Shown: one piece after another, positions 22,892 through 33,114 of the stretch
Layout of the letters: every line of letters begins with the position of its first letter
Position numbering within the stretch: the stretch's first letter is position 1
NCBI GenBank assembly: GCA_963709405.1
Contig: CAVPXM010000055.1
Span: 192,001 to 256,000, forward strand
Length of the DNA: 64,000 nucleotides
Reading direction: 5' to 3'
Source: an uncultured Nitrososphaerales archaeon
GTDB taxonomy: Archaea; Thermoproteota; Nitrososphaeria; Nitrososphaerales; Nitrososphaeraceae
The notes under the pieces: generated by a model
Database searches by the model: none
Told to the model about the DNA's origin: nothing
What the model saw: the letters and a program-made list of their open reading frames with translations, nothing else
Program-made: the position numbers and the translations under genes

Positions 22892-24232
22892 CTAAATATC
22901 TCGGACATTGGTTTGGCCATCTACTCGATCGTCGTTCAGTATCTCTTCTACTTTTCTACAAAAATATTCCCTCTCTACAGGCTTAGTCAAAATGTCCTCC
23001 TCTCTCAATTCTGGTAGCAAACTCGATAACTCAGTAATTACATCGAAAGATGTAAGCATCAAGACCTTAGTGTGAATATGAATTTGCTTAATTTTCACAT
23101 AGAGCTGAAGCCCATTAAGGCCAGGCATCTTTATGTCAAGTATTACTAATCTGTAGTACGACTCCTCTCCTTCAGAGAGATGTGCTAAAGCTTTATAGGG
23201 ATTCGAAAACGTGGTAACGTTGTACATTTTCGTATCCAAAAATGTCTTGTACGTAAAAGCAATATCTGGTTGATCGTCTATAATCATGACATTATATTTT
23301 TCAGTGACTGATACTCCATTATTTTTAGGTAAATGGTTAGAGTTCAAATGTAGCATCTCTTGAAGGCGACATTCTGGATCATCCTGCGGTAGTTCAAATG
23401 AGGATATACTTTGGGCTTTAATAGGTACTACGTCATAGACCAGAGGATACGCTAAGTATCTAGCTTCCCACAACTCTTTGCTACTTCCCATCTCAATATT
23501 TGATCGATTAGATGCATAGTCAGGCGCCATCTTAGACAATCTCACATGATGAACTCGATAATACTGATTCACATCACAGGAATAACCTCCGCATTGTTCG
23601 AATTGAATCAAATAATTTTCCCCTGAAATGGTTAACCGATGACAATTCATATCATCCTTAACAAGTCTATACAGATCATCTCCTATGACGAAAGAATTTG
23701 GTACAGATATCTTCTTCAGATTTGAACATCGCGTGATAAAGGGCCCAAATAATTCATCTATTGAGGACGAGGTCGATTTTGCCATTTCGACGGCCCCGTA
23801 ATCAGCAATAACTCTGTAGTTGATAGAAGGTAATTTTTCGTTTGTCATATGGCGTGATAATGTAGCTCTATATGAAATGATGTACAATCCAAATTCTATC
23901 ACGGCTTCATATGCTGATTTATTTCTGGTCAGATCATACAGACCAGGGAACAAACAGATGACGCTGTCACCCTCATTCCTGATGATTTTTGCGCCAAATT
24001 TCCTAGCTATCGTGGATATACTATTAATAAATATGGAATAGTATCTTCTAATTTTTTCAGAAGAGGAGATTGATGAAATAAGTTTTGTGGATTGCACTAT
24101 ATCTATGATACATGTACAAAAGTACCCTTGGGAAGTATCGGCAAAGAACGTTCCGTATCGATGATTTTTAGGATCCAAAAAATTCCCTCCTCGAAATGGT
24201 ACGAATGAATTAGAGTCGCCTTCCAATGACAT
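22892..24232 (-). CDS. Class III nucleotide cyclase-like domain fused to a C-terminal receiver domain
   Basis: IIDIVQST, RNEGD, YRVIADYG and DELFG in the cyclase part. VMIIDDQ, LDIKMP and TKP in the receiver part. Confidence 0.85.
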   Translation of the reverse strand: MSLEGDSNSFVPFRGGNFLDPKNHRYGTFFADTSQGYFCTCIIDIVQSTKLISSISSSEKIRRYYSIFINSISTIARKFGAKIIRNEGDSVICLFPGLYDLTRNKSAYEAVIEFGLYIISYRATLSRHMTNEKLPSINYRVIADYGAVEMAKSTSSSIDELFGPFITRCSNLKKISVPNSFVIGDDLYRLVKDDMNCHRLTISGENYLIQFEQCGGYSCDVNQYYRVHHVRLSKMAPDYASNRSNIEMGSSKELWEARYLAYPLVYDVVPIKAQSISSFELPQDDPECRLQEMLHLNSNHLPKNNGVSVTEKYNVMIIDDQPDIAFTYKTFLDTKMYNVTTFSNPYKALAHLSEGEESYYRLVILDIKMPGLNGLQLYVKIKQIHIHTKVLMLTSFDVITELSSLLPELREEDILTKPVEREYFCRKVEEILNDDRVDGQTNVRDI

Positions 24233-24599
24233 ACTTAATGACCTACTTTTTCAATCCCATGGAATTTTCATTGTAAGGTAGACGTAAAATGCATAATAAC
24301 GTTCGTCATAACCTTCTATTAGTAATAATAACCGAATCATCGCCACGTATCAAGGATCAATTCGAATGTTTAATGATTCATTTGATCCAATTTGATTTGA
24401 TTCAGGCATCTGTCGTAATCTCGCCATATGACTTCTTAACTAAGCACCATTATTCTATCATGATAGGAATTGTAGCGTCATGGGATTTGGAACACTATTT
24501 GCTCAGATTCTAAGAAATCTCCCGATCCGGCCTTTCGACCGACGAGAAAAATAATTAAACATTTATACTCCAAATGTACGTAGATATTAATCTCATTCT

Positions 24600-24749
24600 A
24601 TGAAACATCAAAGACGCATAGGAGAAGCAATAATGATTCTATCAGGCATCGCGATATCTGTCGGCGCGAATGCAATTGGGGTTATACCTGTAGTATATGG
24701 TGGATTGGCGATAATGGGTCTCGGAGTGATTTCTGTGTTCTGGAGATAA
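24600..24749 (+). CDS. Small two-TM membrane protein (49 aa)
   Basis: MKHQRRIGEAIMILSGIAISVGANAIGVIPVVYGGLAIMGLGVISVFWR, with TTTATA ~35 nt upstream. It is not in the ORF track. Confidence 0.65.
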   Translation: MKHQRRIGEAIMILSGIAISVGANAIGVIPVVYGGLAIMGLGVISVFWR

Positions 24750-24957
24750 TCGATACTACTATGTATCAAAGTAAGTGATTCCGTGGATTTTCCGTAGTAG
24801 CTGATTGACCGATCATACCTTAAGGATCCTAATGGAATCAGACATCGATGTTCGCGCCAGACTAGTAGCTGTGACATCTTCACCGATTCTATACCATTCA
24901 TCTTTTCCTAATCTCGAGAGTTTCTCTTGCGCTCAGGAGCTGCCCAAGTGAATCTAT

Positions 24958-26448
24958 TCAAAAAGTAATTTTGTACTGCTGTCCGGTAACACTTGATAGC
25001 TCTCTCTGAGATCTTGAGATAAGTGTCGTTAAATTACCTTGCATTTCTAGGAGTTCAGACTCTAGTAATTCGAGCCTTGCCCTTTGCTCACTAATACTCA
25101 TCTTGTTCAGTTTTATGTTGTCCCCTAACATAGTCATTTTTCGCAAGGAATGCAAACTATCCTTCCGTTCCTTCAGAAAAGTCAATCTACTCCGGATGCT
25201 GCTTAGCCTAGAATTAAAGTTAGGTAAAGATTCGATAATCTGATCTAGATAATACATTACCTTTTCAGAATCTTTCAGCTCTATAGTCCCCTTCCTAAGG
25301 GCGGATTGGATTTCACGAAGAATTGAAAGGTATTGGAGGATATCGGTGGGTTGCTCGCCCTTGTCTTGTTCAGTTAAAGTGGCGTAATCCGCAGATCCCA
25401 TTTGTCCTTGATTTGCATTCTTCTTTGACAGATCGGTGTGATAAAAAATCTGCCATGGCTCATTTGCCATGGTTTGAAGCTTCATGAAAAGATCCGTTTT
25501 AGTAGAAAGTCCGTAAGAGTACTTCGTAATAGCTCTGTTAACGTGCCCAAACAAATCTATCGTCTCTTGGCGAATTTCCTGCTCTTCCTTTTCTAACTGT
25601 TCTGATTCTTTGTCAATTAATGAGATTTCTAAATATTCCTGTGTTCCCTCGAAATCATGTAATTCGTTGTCCTGAGCCTCAAATTTCTCCTGCAAGCGCT
25701 TAATTTCTGATCTAATATTGTCGATGGTATCACGAGTATTCTTGACCGAATTGGATTGGTCCCATAAGGAATTTAATAATCTTTCAGTGCCCGTAACTGA
25801 TTCCCTAAATTTTTCGTGTTCAGTCATCTTCGATTTACATTTTCTGGACAACTCAGAAACCGTGTTCGATTCATTCTGTAGTTTTGAGGCGTATTTTCTT
25901 ACAAATGCGTTGAGGACTCTACTATGGGAGCCGCTCAAGGCGCTGAATCTGTTAACTATGGATTCCAGTCTGGCCTCAAACTTCATTGCATCCTCCAATG
26001 TTGCTATAGAGGTGATTTCAGTAGAAGCCTCTTTTCTTAATGACAAAACTATAGTTTTTCTTGAATTTTCGACTATAGACTCAAAACGCGGCTCCTCAAC
26101 CTTGATTTTTTCTTTTTCAAGATCATCCGCAACTTTTTCAGTACTCTTTAATAGTTTCTCAACAGACGATTTTATAGGTGACAAATCCCTTGCCAATTCT
26201 TTAACCTTGATCTCCTCATGTGAACGTAACAACAATAATGCATCCGCAATCGAAATTGGCTTGGGATCCGATTTTGAACTAGACCTTGCCGTGTCGGGCG
26301 TATCAGGATCTAGTGTAAAGCCAGGAATATTTGGTTCATTTGCTAGCTTCGAACTGCTACCTTTATCGTTTTTAACATAGGATGAAATATCAGGTTCAAC
26401 CTTACTTTTCTTCTTGAAAATGTCAAAAAATGGAACCAAGATCATCAA
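24958..26448 (-). CDS. Long coiled-coil protein of unknown function
   Basis: 496 aa, E/K/L heptad-rich, with no Walker motifs. Confidence 0.8.
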   Translation of the reverse strand: MMILVPFFDIFKKKSKVEPDISSYVKNDKGSSSKLANEPNIPGFTLDPDTPDTARSSSKSDPKPISIADALLLLRSHEEIKVKELARDLSPIKSSVEKLLKSTEKVADDLEKEKIKVEEPRFESIVENSRKTIVLSLRKEASTEITSIATLEDAMKFEARLESIVNRFSALSGSHSRVLNAFVRKYASKLQNESNTVSELSRKCKSKMTEHEKFRESVTGTERLLNSLWDQSNSVKNTRDTIDNIRSEIKRLQEKFEAQDNELHDFEGTQEYLEISLIDKESEQLEKEEQEIRQETIDLFGHVNRAITKYSYGLSTKTDLFMKLQTMANEPWQIFYHTDLSKKNANQGQMGSADYATLTEQDKGEQPTDILQYLSILREIQSALRKGTIELKDSEKVMYYLDQIIESLPNFNSRLSSIRSRLTFLKERKDSLHSLRKMTMLGDNIKLNKMSISEQRARLELLESELLEMQGNLTTLISRSQRELSSVTGQQYKITF

Positions 26449-26692
26449 ATCTTTATTAATACAGTAACAAAACTGTTTCTGAAAGGTTTTAAAAGTGAGG
26501 TATCTAAATAGGATGCAAAAATTACCATTACCATATTTCTTACGTATACAAATCTCGGGTTATGAATACAGTGGAAAATAAGTATTAATCCAAGTAAACT
26601 GGTCGGTGCATTCGAGTTCAAGAAAGGAATTCAACTAATAATAGTCATAATAAGTCGAATTTACAATTTTATTTTGTCAGATATATATATAT

Positions 26693-27655
26693 TTGGCTCC
26701 AGCGTGCCTACTTTCTAGGTTATTAGTTACGGCCCAGATATTGAAAGCAGAGCTTCACTGCCATAATATATATTCTAATTTTAGAAACAATTCGGATAGA
26801 ATCCCTTTCGATTGTGGCGTTAGTATTCAGGAACAATTCGAGACAGCTCTGGTCAGAGGAATAAATGTTCTATTTATTACAAATCATAACACTCTTGATG
26901 GATATAATCAAATGTTAGAATATCAAAGTGATCACCGGAAGTTTAGTGAAATTAAAGTCTATCCTGCACAAGAAATAACGATAAATAATCTGGGGCATAT
27001 TTTGGCGTATGGTATCAACATGGAAATAAAAAGCGGAATGTCTCTAGAAGAGACGCTGGATGAAATTAAAAAACAAGACGCAATTTCGTGTGCCGCTCAC
27101 CCTTTTGCAGTCTCAAACGGTATCCGTGACAGAGCGCTGATGTGCGATTTAATAGAGTCCTTTAACAGCAATAATATTGACATTTTCTCCAATCTAGTGG
27201 CGGAAAAATTCTCGCAGGATAACAATATGATATCAATATCAGGCAGTGATTCTCATGTTGCATCGACTATCGGCAGATGCATTAACATGCTCGAGTCAGA
27301 TAATAATATAGATTCCGTTTTAACCGGCATGCGTAAAGGACGTTTTAAGGTTGCTAATGCTAGATATGCAACTAAAGGCGAGCTGTACGAACACGCTCGA
27401 TATGTATTGGCTAGCTCCAAGGAATCTTTACTGAATTATTCCTTGACCCACTATCCGAGGGCTCACAAGGCAGTGAGCTGGGCACTTAACTCCTTTATTT
27501 CAGCTCGCCATGACAGATTTTGGCGCTCCATAGCTTCGTTTTCACTTTACTTAACAAAGCGGGCTTCCATGAAGGTGAACATGAAGGGACATGACCCAGA
27601 AGTCTTTGAAAATAGATCATGGAAAAGATTGATATCCATGAGCTTGGTCCCATGA
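26693..27655 (+). CDS. PHP-domain phosphoesterase
   Basis: ELHCH, ITNHN, GHIL, AAHP and GSDSH metal-binding motifs. Confidence 0.88.
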   Translation: MAPACLLSRLLVTAQILKAELHCHNIYSNFRNNSDRIPFDCGVSIQEQFETALVRGINVLFITNHNTLDGYNQMLEYQSDHRKFSEIKVYPAQEITINNLGHILAYGINMEIKSGMSLEETLDEIKKQDAISCAAHPFAVSNGIRDRALMCDLIESFNSNNIDIFSNLVAEKFSQDNNMISISGSDSHVASTIGRCINMLESDNNIDSVLTGMRKGRFKVANARYATKGELYEHARYVLASSKESLLNYSLTHYPRAHKAVSWALNSFISARHDRFWRSIASFSLYLTKRASMKVNMKGHDPEVFENRSWKRLISMSLVP

Positions 27656-28028
27656 GAAGGAACAACTAGGCTTGGCTTTTTGTGCCTCAGACACACTGGA
27701 CACGAAGACAAAACATGTATTCTAGCTACCTGTATTTATCCGACTATCCTGGCTGAACTTGGTGATTCCTAAACGATCGCTTCCTGATTCGTATGTCCGT
27801 GATAAGCCATTTTGTAACTAGAAATAGTCCGAGAATAGGAAACACTCCTATGAATAGATATGGAAAAATTGCTAGAAGTATCGAAGGTTCAAATATTTCC
27901 AGATCTTAGTTCACTCCACCCGAGCCAGGTCCATTTCCCTTAACCCAAGAATAAAATAAAAATGTTATTGATTGTAAATCGACAAATGTCTAAAAATGCG
28001 TAAGGTCCAGCAAGCATTTCTGAAGTAT

Positions 28029-29783
28029 CTACCAATAGCTTACTTTTATCTTCTCTATTGCGCTTTCGTGTTCTGGGCCCAATTTTCTCGCAAACCTTTC
28101 CATAGCGGTCAGAGGAACGCCACCAAGGCTTCTGGCAAGACCCGCAAAGAACATGTTCTTGATAGGGTTCTCGCGTCCTATTTTACGCATAAATCTTTGA
28201 ATTCCATATTTGAAGTTGTGCTGCCAGGTTTTGTACATAACCCCAAGCTTTCCGGGATCCATTGTGTTCCCTATATCAAAGAATTCGGACTTTTCAAGTA
28301 GGCCTATGGGCACAAAAGTCAGTGGGGTGACTGTAAATTTTGAATCTGGCTGTTCAATTTCAAGATCGTGAATGAGGCGTATAGTCTCCCAACTGTCCTC
28401 TGAATTCTCGTCGTTATCGAGTCCCATAATAAGTGTAAACGCAGGCACCCAATAATTCTCATTAAACGTCTTGATTCCAGTCTTGACCACCCAGTGCCAC
28501 TCTTCCGGACGAAAAGGAGCGAGTTTTCTGTCTGCATATTTCCCAATTAATCTAATGCTTCCAGTCTCTAAACCACATTGAATTCCGATATGGTTTTCTG
28601 GTCCAGCTTTTATAATCTTAGAAATATTTGGAATCAACCTTTCGTCGGCAATGGCACCAGCCAATGTACCATGTGTTGGATTGGTGTGTTCTATACCAGT
28701 TTCCATAATACCTCTGAAGAGGTCCTCTATCGCCTCTCTATTAGGCTGCATATTCTTCGTCGTTCGGGGATTTAATCCGTAAACGAATATGTCGTCGCTT
28801 TGAATCCAAGCACTCTTAACGCCTCCATATTTCATATTTATTTCAATTTCCTTTTGAACCTTCTCGACTGGGTAATATCTTAATGGCCTCAGAGTTACAT
28901 CACAAAATTTGCATCCTCTCCCACAGCCTCTCATAACTTCAACCATTCCATGCATACTTGGATTTACAATAGTCGGTATTTCGTCCATCTTAGGTTCGTT
29001 ACTGTAGTGGATAAACCTGCCATAATGCTTGGTTTCGTCACTTTTTGAAAATTCTTTAATCTCTACCTTAAATTCTGATTTCTTAAACGGGTTGGAACTT
29101 TCTAGCTCACCGTTAATAACCGCATCGAAAAATCTAGCTCCAGCACCGTCGATTTCAGGTCCTATTCCACCCATGTCCCCTTCTACGATTCCGTATATAC
29201 CATATTCCTCTATTTTTGCCGGATCATAATTATACTGCCATGTCCCTGATGCACCCGCAATCACTTTCGCCTTGCTGCCAGTTTTCTCCTTGGCTGCCTT
29301 TATCCTCAGGTGTAATTCCCTACAGTAGAATTCATCATATGACATATGCTTTCTACCGTACGTAAACGTCATAGTAACTGGCCCCATGCCCAGTGGGTCC
29401 ATTTCATACGTTCCAACAACCTCTGTTCCTGGACCTATAAACTTCTCGATATGCTCAGGGTGCGCAACTACTACGTCTTCTGGCCTGTATCCATCCCTGA
29501 GGAGTGCGGACTCCACCTTCCTCAATCCATAGGGAGCGTAAGCAGCGATTCCATTATTGTGTTGAATAGGATTACAAATAAAATCGAAAAGCAATCTTGG
29601 GGTGACTTGCTGACCTAAGACTTTATACCAGAATGTTCCATGATCTCGGTTAATATCTATAGCAGGAGCACAACCGAAGAATGATGCTAATGATATTCCT
29701 CTGTAGGGGGACATTAACGTTCGGTCTGCTGTAAGAACTATTTTTGGGTACTTCATTATTAAAACTCTAGACGCTCTAACCAT
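28029..29783 (-). CDS. B12-binding radical SAM protein, GDGT ring synthase (GrsA/GrsB)-like
   Basis: IVLTADRTLMS, APYGLRKVE and MDPLGMGP in the N-terminal domain and CxxxCxxC in EVMRGCGRGCKFC. Confidence 0.8.
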   Translation of the reverse strand: MVRASRVLIMKYPKIVLTADRTLMSPYRGISLASFFGCAPAIDINRDHGTFWYKVLGQQVTPRLLFDFICNPIQHNNGIAAYAPYGLRKVESALLRDGYRPEDVVVAHPEHIEKFIGPGTEVVGTYEMDPLGMGPVTMTFTYGRKHMSYDEFYCRELHLRIKAAKEKTGSKAKVIAGASGTWQYNYDPAKIEEYGIYGIVEGDMGGIGPEIDGAGARFFDAVINGELESSNPFKKSEFKVEIKEFSKSDETKHYGRFIHYSNEPKMDEIPTIVNPSMHGMVEVMRGCGRGCKFCDVTLRPLRYYPVEKVQKEIEINMKYGGVKSAWIQSDDIFVYGLNPRTTKNMQPNREAIEDLFRGIMETGIEHTNPTHGTLAGAIADERLIPNISKIIKAGPENHIGIQCGLETGSIRLIGKYADRKLAPFRPEEWHWVVKTGIKTFNENYWVPAFTLIMGLDNDENSEDSWETIRLIHDLEIEQPDSKFTVTPLTFVPIGLLEKSEFFDIGNTMDPGKLGVMYKTWQHNFKYGIQRFMRKIGRENPIKNMFFAGLARSLGGVPLTAMERFARKLGPEHESAIEKIKVSYW

Positions 29784-30454
29784 ATGCTTTCATAACGGAA
29801 GGATATTAAGTTTTTCAATTTGGCTGAGGTTTCAACGTTCAACACAGTTCCAGGTATATCTACCTCACTCGACTATGGATTAGTTGGTTTGAAAACTAAC
29901 GTTGCTCCATTACTTCAGACCTTTGTATTGAAGTTGAGCCCAATCGATGGGCGCCGGTCCAATAGATAGAGTTAAGACCCAAAATTCACTTTTTAGCGCC
30001 CAATGATCTATTCTTCAACCTTAAATGTGTCCCGCGGCACTTTCTACATCTCGCTGCTGAAATTGGATTCCTTCCTCCGCATTTGAAGCATATCTTAAAG
30101 AACAGCCGACGTTGTTGCGCAATTTGTTTCTTTATAGGATCAGTGATTGGCATGATCTCGCATAAGTTATCTTCGTGGCAAGATTTCTACCTTTCTATCC
30201 CTTTCCACAGCATTCACCAACTAACTGCGAAATATGAGGGCTAGAGAATTCTGGAAAGCCATGTCAGCTCACTTCAGTGTCTGGATAATGTGAATTTAAT
30301 CTATTTAATATGCACTCATTGGATAAGGGCTCGTTTAATCTGTAAAAGAATTTAAACCTGAGGACGGTCCTTTATCACAGGTAAATAGTAAAAAATTTTA
30401 ATAAAACCACCATTAGCTTTCCTGAATCATAAAATAATTCCTACTTAAGCTCGT

Positions 30455-30757
30455 TTACCGGACATTTTTTATAAGGTAGTTAATAAGAGGTCGAAGCTCA
30501 GGCTCCATATTTATATCTGAACGTTCAAGGTATTGTTTCCTATTACTGTCTTCTACTTCAATTTTGTAAGTAAAGTAGTCCGCAGCTCCTGTATTTTTAG
30601 AAAGCGGTGTTATCCTAGGCGGAAAATTGTCTAAATTTATCCTTCTAATCAATCCTTCCAGTTCAATGGCCTTTGTAGGATCCAGATCTTTCGTGTCAAT
30701 AGTCTTTGAAGTTACGAATCCTGCAAAGCCGCCGCTCTTCTTAAAATTAATTATCAT
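30455..30757 (-). CDS. Emfourin (protealysin inhibitor) family protein
   Basis: SGGFAG and ADYFTY motifs, ~100 aa, directly downstream of the M4 protease. Confidence 0.85.
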   Translation of the reverse strand: MIINFKKSGGFAGFVTSKTIDTKDLDPTKAIELEGLIRRINLDNFPPRITPLSKNTGAADYFTYKIEVEDSNRKQYLERSDINMEPELRPLINYLIKNVR

Positions 30758-30937
30758 TGATCTTCATTGGTATCCTTCGACTTAACCAAGGGATAGAACA
30801 TAATTCTAAATTATATTCAGAATGAACCAAAAAAGAGATCAAAAGCGATAATCATCGTCCAACCTTGAAGCTCAAATCCTAATGCACGACGTTTCCAATG
30901 AGTTGATCGTTATGAGCCATGAGGTGATGTACATGGT

Positions 30938-32035
30938 TTATCCTTTTGATTTCGGTACTATTCCAGTGCCCTTCCATCCACTCGCAACAGCCTTCTGCTC
31001 CTTACTATCCTTTCCAAATAGCGTCCCTGCAACATCAAGTGTAAGGTTAGCAGTATCCTGAAAAGTTGCGTTTTCTGAAAGTCTATCTCTAAGTGTGATG
31101 TACCAAATCTTGCCTGCTTTTTCCCAGGCTTTGCCTCCGATTTCAATTGCAGTAAGATAAAAGGCGTGATTTGGAATACCTGAGTTTGTATGTACTCCCC
31201 CATTATCATTAGACGTATTAACGTAGTCTTTCATATGGCCGGGTTGTGGATCCTTGCCAATGGTAGGATCGTCGAAGGCTGTCCCTGGGGCCTTCATGGA
31301 ACGCAAAGCAACGCCTTTTATTTTACGCGTAAATAGGCCTGCTCCTATCAACCAATCCGCCTCATCGGCTGTTTGTTTTAACGTATATTGTTTTACTAAC
31401 GAGCCAAATATGTCAGAAAAGCTTTCATTAAGTGCACCGGATTGATCTTGATATTGCAGAGCGGCCTCGTACTGGGTAACTCCATGGGTCAGCTCGTGTC
31501 CAATCACATCAAGTGACGACGTGAAGCGGTTAAATATCTGACCGTCACCATCACCATAAACCATTTGTGTCCCGTTCCAAAACGCATTATTATACTCTTC
31601 GCCAAAGTGCACAGTTGAATCCAGTTTCATTCCATTACTGTCAACAGAGTTTCGGTCAAATACCACTTTGTAGAAATTATAGGTATCTCCTGAGTAATCA
31701 TATGCCTCAGTAACAGGGCGTCCCCCCGTAGGTCTCCCTCCTTCACCTCTGACAAGTTTTCCCGGAAGAGATTCGGAATTATGGGCATCAAAGATAGTTC
31801 TATGCAATCTATCTGACCTAACGAATAATGATGCCATGGAGCCAGCAATACTCCGGCGTCCCCTCAGTTGTTCTGTGATTATTAGATTTTGCCAGGCTTT
31901 ATGTTTCTGGTCTTCAGATCCTCGCTCTGAGATTCTTCTATTTATATATTCCGGAACTATAAAACATGCTTTGGTTGCTTGTACCTGCAGATTTTTTTTT
32001 GGGGATCTTCTCAATGCAGAGTTTGTATCATTCAC
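30938..32035 (-). CDS. M4 family zinc metalloprotease, protealysin-like
   Basis: Short propeptide CFIVPEYI, NNAFW, HELTH, GALNESFSD and DNGGVHTNSG. No signal peptide. Confidence 0.93.
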   Translation of the reverse strand: MNDTNSALRRSPKKNLQVQATKACFIVPEYINRRISERGSEDQKHKAWQNLIITEQLRGRRSIAGSMASLFVRSDRLHRTIFDAHNSESLPGKLVRGEGGRPTGGRPVTEAYDYSGDTYNFYKVVFDRNSVDSNGMKLDSTVHFGEEYNNAFWNGTQMVYGDGDGQIFNRFTSSLDVIGHELTHGVTQYEAALQYQDQSGALNESFSDIFGSLVKQYTLKQTADEADWLIGAGLFTRKIKGVALRSMKAPGTAFDDPTIGKDPQPGHMKDYVNTSNDNGGVHTNSGIPNHAFYLTAIEIGGKAWEKAGKIWYITLRDRLSENATFQDTANLTLDVAGTLFGKDSKEQKAVASGWKGTGIVPKSKG

Positions 32036-32130
32036 ATATGCTAATTGTTAACTTACAATTTATGGATTCTTCTTTATTATTATCCCATTTAATGGCAAAT
32101 ATTTTTTGGTAGGCTCGGGATTTGGAGGAA

Positions 32131-32328
32131 TCATATTTCAATAGAATTCCCGTAGACGCTCTGTAAGCGCTCGTAGATGTCTGCACAGTCAAGAGAATCA
32201 AATTCAAGGGATTTGCCGTTGATTTTCCTCTTGAATATTTCCCCCAAATCTAAAATATTCTTGCCACACATTCTACAAGAAACCGTTTGTTCAGGCATAT
32301 GTACAGACCCTGACCGTTTTACTGACAT
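32131..32328 (-). CDS. Small TRASH/YHS-like metal-binding protein
   Basis: CRMCGKNI...FDSLDCA pattern. Confidence 0.65.
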   Translation of the reverse strand: MSVKRSGSVHMPEQTVSCRMCGKNILDLGEIFKRKINGKSLEFDSLDCADIYERLQSVYGNSIEI

Positions 32329-33114
32329 TGGGAATTGTCATAAATAATGATACTCAAACTTACATGATTAATTTATTATTAATGGATACGAAGGATTCTT
32401 CCAGCCATTTCATACTAAATTGCCAACGGAGATGACTTTTCAACGCAAATTAGTGGTATCGCATGTAAGCCAAGACGCGTCTGTACAAGTTTCGAAGTTT
32501 CAATAATTATGGAGAGAAATGATCTGGAATTCAACTTGATCGGTTCGGAATTATGAGCATCAAAGATAATAGGAAAAGATGGCCGTCCGGTGCTACATTT
32601 TTGTTGTGGTCTTGCAACGAGCCAAGAAAAGATAAATATTCTGGAATCATGAAAATTTCATGTGGTTTAGAAATGATCATTAAATTTCTGCATTTTGATA
32701 TTCTCCTGCGAACACGATTTGCATCTTTTGATAATGCTATTGTTGGTGCACTACAAGCACAAATTTGGTTTGCATCCCAAACTGAAGGATTGAGGTCTGG
32801 TGGGAGAAATATACCTGATTAAGCAGATCGTATCACTCAAACATGTATTTGCTTTCACGCCTATGACCAGAGCTATTTATCTCATCTAACATGTCAACAA
32901 TAATGAATTGATCCTAAGAACGATATTTATGTCCGGGCGTACCATGTCAGTGAATACTTTCATTCTGCTAGTATTAAAATTACATCTAACGCTTCGACGA
33001 ATGCTTAAGAAGCATTGTTATATCATTAGTAATTACTTTGTAAAGTGAATATGATTATTATGACAAACTAATTTTATGACTACAGCTTTAGCTAAGCAGT
33101 TTATTCATTGTATT

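Noticed and set aside
25718-26380. 220-aa plus-strand ORF, and similar antisense ORFs such as 1882-2223, 20962-21318, 49526-49909 and 59985-60335
   Set aside because: These are shadow frames of real genes on the opposite strand, with S/F/L-biased composition.
9153-29783. PqqD protein and radical SAM as one RiPP system
   Set aside because: They are about 19 kb apart, the radical SAM lacks a SPASM domain and looks Grs-like, and no precursor peptide was identified.
33060-33114. Possible left terminal inverted repeat of the IS630
   Set aside because: The match to the right end (~34180-34200) is too weak to call by eye.
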